From positions 7,564,001-7,628,000 of the forward strand of contig OZ004612.1 in NCBI GenBank assembly GCA_963924565.1: a DNA stretch of 64,000 nt. The letters run 5' to 3'. How positions within the stretch are numbered: the stretch's first letter is position 1; each line of letters opens with the position of its first letter. A model generated the notes under the pieces. That model did no database searches. It saw nothing but the letters and a program-made list of their open reading frames with translations, and was not told the DNA's origin. Origin of the DNA: Ascidiella aspersa (lineage: Eukaryota). Below, piece by piece: positions 14,729-26,000 of the stretch. Both the position numbers and the translations under genes were made by a program.

Positions 14729-14940
14729 GGCTCTGGTCTTTAGAATCCTACCACAGCGTTGAAGCAATTATAAAGCAACGCATAATATTTCGGTTATAGG
14801 GAGTCGGTTAGTGTTTGGATGAAGGTGGTTCAAGTAATATTATATTTATTAATAATATTGCTTAACCTACCCAAACTCTAACGTTAACCCGCACCCTAAC
14901 CCAAAACAGGTTCGTTGTGGTAGGATTCTAGAACAGGGCT
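14729..14940. mobile_element. Palindromic MITE with TAGAATCCTACCACA inverted ends and degenerate TAACCC-like interior
   Basis: TAGAATCCTACCACA ... TGTGGTAGGATTCTA perfect inverted core with G-rich and C-rich mirrored arms. Degenerate 8-bp TSD TACAATTG/AAAAATTG. Partial copies at ~16206-16280 and ~42495-42600. Confidence 0.7.
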
Positions 14941-15340
14941 AAAAATTGATTTACAATTTTGGTGTTATGATTGATCTAATAATATTAAACCTAGCAAAGG
15001 TCGTTTAAAAACATCTATACAGACAAGGACTTGGACCACCTCAATTTAGGTGGTGTTGGTTTTTAGCAAACCTAATCTAATTCACTTAACTGGCTGAAAA
15101 CAATCCTTAAGATTTCTTACATGTCGCAGCGTATCAGTTTGCTGGAACACAGTATGCCTTCGGGAATAGGCCTATGAGTCGTTTTTGAAAACCGTTTGTT
15201 AGTTGTTTATGCTTATGCAATTCAGTTTATTATATCCTTTACCCTCACGGCGATAACCAGAACATTGTAGGTGAACCATTTCAAACAGTCAACTTCGTTA
15301 AATTCAAGGGTATCCTATATCGGGCAAATGGAAAAAAATA

Positions 15341-15513
15341 CGCTTTGGAGCGATTTTAACGCGTTGCTAAACTTAAGCCCAGTGCAGCAATAGGAAAACG
15401 TTACGTTTTGGAGCGATTTTTACGCACCGCGCAGCTCACTGCATCTGTAGTAAAAACAATTTGACGCCCAGTGCAGCTCAGCTCCGCTCAGTGCAGCTGG
15501 AGTGAACGGGCCT
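15341..15513. mobile_element. Truncated PIF/Harbinger-like MITE end
   Basis: Terminus GTGAACGGGCCT followed by TAA, with internal repeats (TTTGGAGCGATTTT x2, CCCAGTGCAGC x2). The other terminus was not found. Confidence 0.45.
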
Positions 15514-16029
15514 TAATTGTGCATACGCGAGTGGCAAGTTTGAATGAAGGCCGGCCGCTGTGGAAACTAGACAACTAATTGACAGTGCTTGCTTCGTCGT
15601 GTTATGACGTAGCTGTGTGAGGTTATGCCACAAAATTGTGATCTAATTTCAGTATGCCGCTTGTACACCATTTTAAGTTATGCAGGCCTGCTTTGGGGCA
15701 TATTATGATTACTCTTAACTTTGTCATTTTTTTCCGACTTTTTACGCTCTTACTATTTTAAGAAAACTAACAAGGCGGGGTTGTTAGGACGTGGAACAAT
15801 ATTTTTTGGAGTTGAAACTATTTTTCGACACATTGTTGACAAAAAGTAATAATTAAAATAGTGAAATAATTCAAGCACAGTATACAACACACTGCACAGG
15901 AAAATAGCTGAAACGCACAGGATTAATTGTGTATCAGTGGCGGGTATTTTAGAATCGCATTAAGAACTTTACTCAAATTGCCATTAACGGTGTTTGATTT
16001 TCAAAATGACACAATAATACAATCGAAAA

Positions 16030-18286
16030 ATGGATTATATCAACAGTATAACAAACGAAAGAGAAATTCTGCAGGTAATAAACGTGTTTCTAATGTACTT
16101 TATTTTGGTAGCAGTAACATATGAAATGTTGGGCGCAAAGGATTTTGGGATTTTTCGTTTTGATACGTAGAAAGTAACGCAAAAAAAAATACTGTCTACA
16201 AATTACGCTCACTAGAATCCTACCACAACGCACAATATTTGGGTTAAAGTGCGGGTTTGGGTGGGCCAAGCATTATTATTAAATACTTGACAAACTTACA
16301 TGTACCAAATTAAAATAGCCCCATGGTTTTCGTCATATATTACACACTCTTGTTGAGATCTATTATACTTTCTTAAGTGTTGTCTTTCTAATCTATGTGT
16401 TCACAAATTATCCCTAAACTAAAACATTCATATTGAAAACCCGTAAACATTTAGTGCAGGAAATCTACAAAATTGTGTTTTTTTTTTTATTTCAGTTTAT
16501 GATTTTCACTGACGACAGTGTTGAGATCCACTTCAAAGATCACACGTCGGTGCAGCTTTCGCCATGTGGAGCAAACTTCCAATACCTCAAGTCGATGGAT
16601 GGGTGTCCTGGTGTGCCGGACTATCGCAATGTTATCCGCCAACGCTGTCGTTTTGCCACAAGTGAAACAAAAGGCAAAGTTGAGCTTGCGTTGACGCTCC
16701 GAAACCTGTTTGCCAGCAGACCTTACATGCCAGCACAGTTCCTACACACTTGTAAGGAGGGAAAGGTGCATTTGTACAAAGATGTGACCAGCTTTTACTG
16801 GCCTGCACTTTTAGATGTGGATGCTTTGGTATTGAGTGATCAAAGCGTAGCTGTAACTGCAAAAGAAGACTCAGCAACCCTAACTTTAGCCAACTCTGGA
16901 CAATTTGTTTCTGTTAGCTTTCTAGCGAAAATCAGTCCATGCACGAGTCGTAACACTACACCAGCGCAATCGCCGCGAGGTGAAAAGTCATTGGGCCAAA
17001 ACCAAGCCATGGGTGTAGGAAGAAGGGAGTATGTTTGGATGAAGCATATCTTCCCATTTCATCTATGCCCCAAAAACTGGGAATACCCATTATGGTTGGC
17101 TCAATGTGCAAAATCAAAAAGTGATAGCATGAAATGTTTGTTGGATGTTTCGCATGCACCACGCCCATTACCCAGTGTTTGTAAAAATCAGTTTAAACAC
17201 AAATGGAGATCTAATGAGGACCTAAGAAGCCAAACAGAAGGCGAGCTGGTCCTTCCTGAAAATAACCAGAACTCAAACTTGCTGAGAATACTCTGGAACA
17301 ATCAGACCCTGTACTGGATCAGCTTCAAACAAGGTATAAAGCCAGCCCTTAATGTGTGGCTTCAAGATGGTTCATTGCTATACTCAACATCAGCCACCAA
17401 ATACTATTTCCAACACCAGACATTTGACAGACTCAATGGAAACATTGAAATGGAGCGGACCTACTGTCCCACTGCATTGCCTAGAAATGCAGAACTCAAG
17501 ACCATATTGCTGCGCTCCATTAGACTTCTTTCTTACATTGAGCAAAACAGATATTTAAATTCAACTATAAAAAGCAAGCTGTGCTGGCATGAACCTCTTT
17601 CTTATGAGCTTGTTAGTGATTCTCTTTATCCTTCAGCAAATGAGGTTGGACTACCAACAACTGAACAAACTATTTCTAGTCTTGGCAAGTTTTCTTCTGT
17701 GTCTGGAAGTGCCCAAGTTTTGTATAACGATGGCGCCTCTGTCTATGTTGCTATTTCTACAGAAGAATACACAACATTAAAAGCTTCACCTTCCCTTTTA
17801 GAGAAACTGTCTTGGAGGCTTAGACTAACAGATGGTACGTACGAATCATCCACGGATTTGCTTCACTATGATTCCAGACTCTCTGGATACCTGCAGCCCG
17901 TTGCAGATTGGCTGCTGTGGCTTGCAAATTCACAAGAGCAAAGGGCAATGCACCCATTTTATTCGGATACAATTTACTCGACTGACAAGCTGACAATGGT
18001 AGCGGATGAACTTGAAAAGATTAACAGCTTTAATAGTTCACAGAACACAGCGCTGAGTGATTCAGGAGCTACAGCTTATTTGGAGGTTGGAGATGGATCA
18101 TTTAACTCTGCAGCTGAAAAACCAAAACTTAGTAATAACAATAATGTTACAAGTGACCTGCTCAAGTTTCAATTAAATACATCTTGTGGTGATGTGTGTC
18201 CTGCAGATATTGCGCGAGCCCTCAGCAACACAAGCAGAGCTATTTCGGATATTGATAATGTCCTGAGCACTTGGAAGGCTGTGTAG
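16030..18286 (+). CDS. C5orf34: C5orf34 homologue (uncharacterised protein, ~611 aa); exons 16030-16074 and 16496-18286
   Basis: The large exon starts at a strong acceptor (TTTTTTTATTTCAG, 16495) and encodes MIFTDDSVEIHFKDHTSVQLSPCGANF...IRQRCRFATS...ALTLRN, matching the remembered C5orf34 N-terminus ([28 protein letters not shown]...IRQRTHFV). An upstream in-frame mini-exon MDYINSITNEREILQ ends at CAG|GTAATA; this exon 1 is less certain and the alternative start is ATG 16499. Confidence 0.85.
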
Positions 18287-18437
18287 ATTTGTTAAGTTTC
18301 TTTATTAAATTATCTTATTTTTTGTATGTATGGTGACAAACCTAGTTTTCTGATAAATTATTCGTGTTATAGATTTATTCCTTTTCATATTTTTTTCTTT
18401 TGCTTGTTCCTGAATTCTTTTTTTGCTAAATACATCC

Positions 18438-18443
18438 AATAAA
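18438..18443 (+). terminator. Likely polyadenylation signal of the C5orf34 homologue
   Basis: AATAAA about 150 nt after the stop, followed by a T/GT-rich tract. Confidence 0.55.
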
Positions 18444-20003
18444 ATATATTTTGATTTCTGTTGTGTACATCACTTTCAACTGTAAGTATAATATGTCATA
18501 GAGAGAATGTAAACTAAGTGGACAACATACTTTCAAGGGTTTTTGCAAAGAGGAATTAGTTTAATTTAGTCCAGTTTTATTAACACACACATACGTGTGT
18601 TCGATTATAACACAATATTCAGGAGACTTCCGTTTTGTTGAAATTTAGGCATTATTGGTCAATGATATTGTTTTTTAGCTGTGCTTGTATTTTGATTGAC
18701 TGAAGCAAGCAAATATTTTTGTAGCAAAAAACATTGATATAAATTAATAACATAATCCGCAAAACCCCACTCTCATAACTCTAGTATCACTGGTGCATGG
18801 ACAAAGGTCAAGTCAGAGCTAAAAGACCCTCCCATGACGTAAATAAGTGTCACAGAAGGTAGTCCCAAGAACAGCCCAAACAACAACTGGAATCATGGCA
18901 CAACTAAACGAGGTGGTTATAGTTACCTGTTATATGAACCCTTTACATCATCTGTTTAATACAGTTTATTAAAATATCTGTGGATACCATAACGATTTTA
19001 ATCAGCTAGGCTTAACAATTTGATGTGTACAAGAGGGCAAAATAGAGGCAGACAAGATCATTGAACGGGATTTATTTAAAAATCAAATAAGGAGATTTCC
19101 ATACGAAAAGCACAGTCAAACTGCGATTAAAGAGCAGTAATATTGGTAATGCCATCCACTTGGAGCAGAAAAGGCTTTAAGTAGTTGTGGTATAACTAAG
19201 CAGCACCGTTATTGTTTGCACTTTTGGTTGCCAGTTACCTCAGGAAATGGTTTGTGCCACAACTGCATGGAGTACAGTTCAATTTACAGCGGGTTGTAAA
19301 AAAGGTTATTATTATATGAACATTTACAGCATTTGACTGAAAAAAATGGCACACAGTTGCTCGTGAAATGCATACAACACTTCGGCTGCCTTAAATTCTA
19401 ATTACTAAAGTGATTAGTGATTACCTTATATTGTCAACGCTTGTCGTACATAATAATAATGGAAAATCAACTTGCGTTTCATTAAGCCTACTGTCCAAAA
19501 TAATGAAATGCAGTCCATATAACGAAAAAAACACAACTTGGGGACATTTGAAACTTTCAAATTTGTTTCTTGTCTTTACGTAAGGTCCCAACTGGAAAAA
19601 TACAATTGAAGAAAACATTTTAAATCAATAAAGGTGTCAAGAGCCTACACCAGGGTGGAAAAATTTTGAGCGACGTGACCAAAATTTAAAAATCAGATTC
19701 GCATAAAATAAATAAAAGCTTATAAAATGGATCAAATTTGTACGATCACGTAAGAGTGGGCTTGGGGGGCCACGACACAATATTTTTAATAACTGTGAAC
19801 AAATGAAGAACATAATTTTGATATTACTCTTGAAATAGAAGTGCCACAACAAAAAACTTATCAAAGAGCCGCAGTTTGACCACGTCTGGTCTGGAAGAAA
19901 CTGACCAGGTCGCTTATTTTAGGCGTTGTTTCAAGAGAGACATATCTTAACAACTTCAGTGCATAGTAGTGGACTTTCGCAACGCGACCATCCCTCATGC
20001 GCG

Positions 20004-23000
20004 TCAGTGTGCAGTGTGTGACGTCACGAACTGACACAGCTGGTCGGCGGACAGCAGATCCGCACGGTGGCGCTCCTGGTCGCGGTGAACTTTGACCCCT
20101 TCGCCCCACGACCAGTGGACACGCGTCGATGCACACAGCCTGAACCACACAGGTTATCATATTCAAACAACATCCTCGAAAATGATATATGGAAGCAAAG
20201 ATATTAGAAATTATTTCTTTTATCGAACAAAACCAAAAAAAGAAATCAATAAACAATTAGAGATAGACCGATGTATCGGTAAATGTTGGCCGATATCTTA
20301 GTACGATAATATAATATAATTTTTCCTGTACAACAAACGACCTTTTTCACAAAAAAATTGGGTTTTTAGCATCACGCCAAGTTAATATGCAAAATAATAG
20401 TTTAATAATTAAAAAAAGTATCAATAAAAATATAAAAGCCATAATATTTGATAAAAGCGACATTTCGCAATTTACAGACGTTTCAGCAATAACTCGTGCC
20501 ATCATCAGTAATATCTTTTTAATACCTAGCGCTACGCATTGACCCATACATCGCCTTTTTTTTCCTTTCTTTTTACGTTTTATCGCTTTTATCTTCACTT
20601 GATTTTTACACTGATGATGGCATGAGTTATTGCTGAAACGTCTGTAAATTGCGAAGTGTCGCTTTTATCAAATATTATGGCTTTTATATTTTTATTGAAG
20701 TTAGTAAAAAACCCGTGTATTGTGTTCTAAAAAAAAGTATATAAAAAATTATAAAAAATCGTGTATCGGTCAAAAAAGTGATATCGGCCGATCTATATAA
20801 AGAACCTTAGTAATCAAAGCAGTATTAACCAGCGTTTAGTAATACTGGGAAGTGAAATCGTTTCAAAACTTAATTGAAATGTTTTGAAAAATTTGGAAAC
20901 ATCCATTTTGGCATTTTAATGACAATCAGTTTTCTTAATAACATAAAAGAAAATCAAAACAGACCGCAAACCAGCCTACTCGGTAACTGGCAACGACCGC
21001 GATAGGCAAAGAGTATATACTTGCTTTAAACGTTCCCACATTTTACTAAATTTGTGAAAATATTATTCTGAAGCATAGATCAAATCGAACTTACTGGTAA
21101 TTTGCGTTAAAGTCGGGAGGGCATTCGAACACCGACTGACGGGTACGTTCGTTAAAAAAGTACTTCTTTTTCTGCGACCTGCTGAATGCCATCGACCACG
21201 GATCTGCAAACAAAAAGTTGTTTAGTAACTTATCCTGTAACATTTATAGGGCCAACTTTTTGATAATAAAATCGGATAAAAAGGTTGTAAAGCCAGTTTT
21301 ACGGGAATTAGTCGAAAGGAAAAAGTGGCTTTTTGTAGCGCCGACAACCTTACAAAGAAATCAGTAACCTTTTGAAACTCTGATGAAGGTGATTCCTGAT
21401 GGAACGAAACAGGCTTCGGTATCAGCAATGTTGCAGCACACCCTGGGCACCATTCCACCGCCCTTGATGCGCTTCATAGACAAACTGCATGTAGAAGGTT
21501 AAAATAGTGTCAAAAAATTGGATAACATTTTAGGAAAACCAAAACTTAAAACTGAACCATCCATCGGACAGGTAGATGAATCATTCAACCACAACAAAAA
21601 CAGCACACATTCGTGCGTAAAGCTACTAAAATTTCTTCAATTCTAGACCGAATGTTTTTTCACATGCTACAGTATGGACTTTATTTTCAAAACAACGATA
21701 AGTATAAACAACTGGTTTTGGGTGACGACATTGAGAAGCGGAATTACTTTAACATTTGTTTGATCTAATAATCGGTATGCTGCTAAACAAGAGTAGTTCT
21801 GGCGAACCCAGAAGAATTTCCTTATCTATCCAGTTTGCGCGTTTAACAAAAAGATGTAAAAAGCGATGCTTACCGTTCGAAAACTTGTTGGATTTCTTCG
21901 AGTCTATGGATCTGCTTGGGTCGTATAACGCTTAAATAATGCAAGGTCGGTTTGGTGATCGCCTTTATGAACATTGCGATGCATTGAGCCCTGGAACGTA
22001 AAACATAACGGTACAAACTGGTCAGTTGTTAGTATACAGTGGGGAAAATAATTTATATCAACAAACCAGGGAATTATAGAAAGAGAGTGAGTGTAACAAG
22101 CCAGCTGAATTGCAATTAGAGGGTTGAAACACAATTTTTAGTCTTTATAGACCTAAAATTCAATCGCTCGACAATTTTTGAGTATATATAAACAAAACCG
22201 TATATATGTCGTTGTCAACATAATTAAATACATTTTTTATTATTTCTAACGGCACTTTCAAAACACAGAGCTCAAGCTGGACATTTTTTTTTGACGTACA
22301 AATGTTGAATACATTTGATGAATATCGCATTTTTTCCCATAAAATACATTTACAAACCCTCAGTCAACAACAACAAAAAGTGCTAAATGTTAAAAAATGT
22401 AAAGTTAAAATTTAATTTACGACCGCCGTTAAAATGGAAGAGGGCATCATTGCCCGCAATTTTTTGGCGCCTTCAGTTTAAAATACAATGTTTATCATAA
22501 TCGTGTCATATTCGGCGCTCGAAAAAAAAATGTATGCGGGCTCCCATGCAACTTTATCACTTCGTATATATGATTGCAATCTACTGAAATATTCACCTTT
22601 CCGAGAAGTTTCGCTCGCTGATATTTTCGCCGGCCAACACCAACCCGTCCACCACGTGGAGCGCACAAGAGCGACGCTGGGCCTTGCCCTAAAATCAACA
22701 AAGAAAAAAAATATATTTTTAACACCGAGCAGTCTTTTATAAATGAAAAGGTTATGTTAAAAAAAGACCAGCGATTGACTATAAGGGGTTCTTAAACTGG
22801 GGTCCATGGTAAGTTAAAATTTTAGTGTTTATTTGAAAAGAAATTCGTTCTATTTTCTTGAATGTATTTGGACTTTATTTTAGTTTCATATTTGTTTTGC
22901 CGACAACAGCAGGTGTCGTAGGTCTACTTGTTATATGACGTGGTTTCCGAAAAAATAGTGCCGAACCTGGTCCACGCGAACCAAAAGCATTGGAGTCCGC

Positions 23001-26000
23001 GCTAAAAAAGCCAAAGAACCACCGCTAAATGGCCATCAACATGGCAATTTCGGCCATTCGTTTCAAAATTAAAACCCGCGTAAAAGTTTACTCGCCTCGC
23101 CCCGCAATTCGTCGACAATCTCGACTTCGAGGATCGTGTCACGTGGTATCGAGCACTTCAGCTGGGTCAGGTTCGACCACTTGTGGGCGCGCTGGTTCCA
23201 GTAGAACACGTAGGAGCCCTGCGGGGTTAAAAAGTGGGAACTTATAGGAGTGCTTGTGATGAATTTATCACAACTATAAGCGGAAAATCTTTAGGTGGAC
23301 GCAGCAAGCGCTTTCATAAATTGAAGAATTTTAGGAGGAAAGAAAGTTTTACCACTACGGAAAAAAATACCCCTATTACATTTAAGAGCTATTTTGTTGG
23401 ATGGGAAATAGCTGAAAGGCTGGCAGAACATCACCAGATCACCTAAAGTGAAGGGTATTTCTATACAAAACCCTTAGCCAGTCCAAACAGTGCGATGTTA
23501 ATTGTACAAACAAAGGGAAAGTTTCAAGCAAAAAGACTTGCACGCATGACAAAAGAACAACACGCAAAACATGTTAAAATGAATCATGTTTGATCCGATT
23601 TTCAACCGATTTTGAGGAACGACATTGAGAACAACATATTTAATTAGTGTTTATTTTTGGTCGACAAGAATTTTTCTATTCTTAAAATCATATGGCGACG
23701 ATGAAAAACGATTCAACTAATTATTATTATCAGTTTAAAAGTCAAAATCGGAAATATTTTACTTTATAGTTACTATCGATTTTCCCGATCTAAAAAAAAA
23801 CAACAAGAAAAAGCAGAAAAAATTGTTTTTGAAAATAATCCAGGTCCCAAGCGCGCAAGTACCCTTTACAGTCCCACCTACCCCTACCCTCCAAATAACA
23901 AAAAAACGACGACTCACCCCCAGACTTATGATGACGCTGCTGTTTGCCGCTGTGACGACACACTTGTAGTTGTAGACTCGCTCCAGCGTCTTGGTGTTGT
24001 CAGCCTTGAGAAGTTCAGGGGGTCGCGTGAAAAGAGCAGGGGGGTCGTCCTGGCCGGTCAGGCGCCGGAAGATGGAGGCCGGGTCGCTCTTGACCGGCGC
24101 CGAACGCGGCCGGTCGGGAATTCCCCACAGGTTCATGCACTGGGTGCGGATGTCGCCCTGCGTCGTCTCGATAAGGTTTCTGCGTCCGAATATTTCGACA
24201 AGATAAAAGAGTGACACTGTGGTAATTGGGCATGGGGCTTAGTGGTCTCTGTTGTGCTTTTTATAGGCATTTTATATTTGGATCCATCTCTGCGAAAATA
24301 TTGAAAATAATCTAATAAAACAAACTAACTCTTGTGGGAGTATAAACATTAAACAAGTAGATAAGTTTAAAGTCTCGAGAGAAATACAGGTTCAGACTTA
24401 AGTCAAATGGAATATATATTGCGCTTAAATCGTGGGTACCCTTGATGAGAGTATATAATTCCACTGTCGATTACAATAAAAAATCGTCCAGTTTAAAAGT
24501 GAGTGCAAACACAACACACCTGTCTTTGGTGAAAGCATGGATCTTCGCGAGCGCTTTGCACTGCTGTTCGGCAAGGCTAAAAACAAAGTTAAACAGTTAA
24601 ATATAGTGTGTTGAGATATGACTATAAGCTCTTCTGAATGTCAAATTTACAACACAGTAACCTTTTATCGTCAAGTCTAATGGAAAACACTTGGAATTTA
24701 TAAGCCTAACACTTTACCATTATAACGCAAGAATTTCTACGAGTGTACAAAAATGTCGGGACAACAAACTATTAGTTTAAACACGTTAAAAATATCCTTC
24801 GTAAAGTTAGGTTAGGACATCCTAATAAAAAAAAACAGATCTGCATATCAAAAACATAATATTTTTTTTCGTTTTCATCCAATAAGGTGATTCCACAAAT
24901 ATATGCTGCGTCTGTTAGCGATTTTGGACGGAGTCTCGTGATATTTGATGAGATGCAAGGCGGATAAAGGCATGTGAATAAACGTGAAATGCGAAAATGT
25001 CAACCGACTAAATTCCCGAACCTGTTCAACGTTGTCTTCTACACAAAAATAGGGCTAAAAATGTTTGATAAAAACTCACTGTTTTATGATTTAGTTTAGG
25101 TGACGCTTTGCAAAAAACAAACACAATCCACACTGCGCAGTATGCTGCAATAGCAAGTCAAATGAATAAACAATCCATATTTTATCTTCATTAAGGCAAT
25201 AGGATGGGGAGAAAAATAATTAACCCCGCGGGCTGCAATTTTGATTTATAGGGCTCTCATTGCAAGTATATCTACCTTTCATTGGACTGCTTCAGGTAGC
25301 GAACGAACTCGACGTCTTCCGACAGGATCTCGAAGGGCACCACTTCAGTGACGTCACGATCGGTGTCTTTGAGGTCGTTGAGGGTTTCGTTGACGTCCAT
25401 CAAGTAGTTGCCGATGCGTCGCTGCTGGCTGTCGCGGTAGCCCTCGCATACCACGTACCTGCACAACAAACAGTTAACGTTACGTCATGTCACGTTACGT
25501 TGCGTTACTCACGCCAATTGTGAGTTAGAGTTTATTCCCGAAATGTTCACTGCTTTGCGAGAGTCTCTTCTTGAAATGTATTGATTTTTACGCATTTTAG
25601 AGTTGTCAAAGATAGGTGTTATTAGCATAGCTGTGATTAAGTTCGTATTCCTTCTTATATTTTTAATTCAGTAAAAATATGAATTTCGAATTACTGCCGG
25701 CTTACATTTCTACGCATTACAGCGAAAATTGCAAAATATCACAACAGGCGAATTCTCGAAAAAAATGATTTTTTGGCAAAATTTTCCGAAAAATTGATTT
25801 TTAGGCAACCTTAATGCACGGCATTTCTTCACTAATCTTTTGGACATTCCCTATTTTTATAGCCGAAGGTAAATGTTTCGAAAAACATAACTTTTCATAG
25901 ACGTTAAAGTCTGAACAACCCTAGCGTATATGAGCATATAAGCAAGCTTTGCTACATAAAAAAATCATCTTTTTATCTGATTTTATACACGTACAAATGT

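Larger units (their letters stand above)
20258..20797. mobile_element. hAT-like MITE (ATCGG family) in the last CMTR1 intron, interrupted by an inverted-repeat insertion
   Basis: TAGAGATAGACCGATGT / ATATCGGCCGATCTATA imperfect TIR (13/17), subterminal TATCGG repeats, degenerate 8-bp TSD TAAACAAT/TAAAGAAC. Confidence 0.6.

Noticed and set aside
16433-16495. N-terminal 21 aa of the 617-aa ORF call
   Set aside because: TTG start running through a poly-T splice acceptor; it is intronic.
19861-20256. 131-aa minus-strand ORF as the CMTR1 C-terminus or a separate gene
   Set aside because: The true last exon (20004-20139) is in another frame, matches the CMTR1 C-terminus and fits the phase of exon 19.
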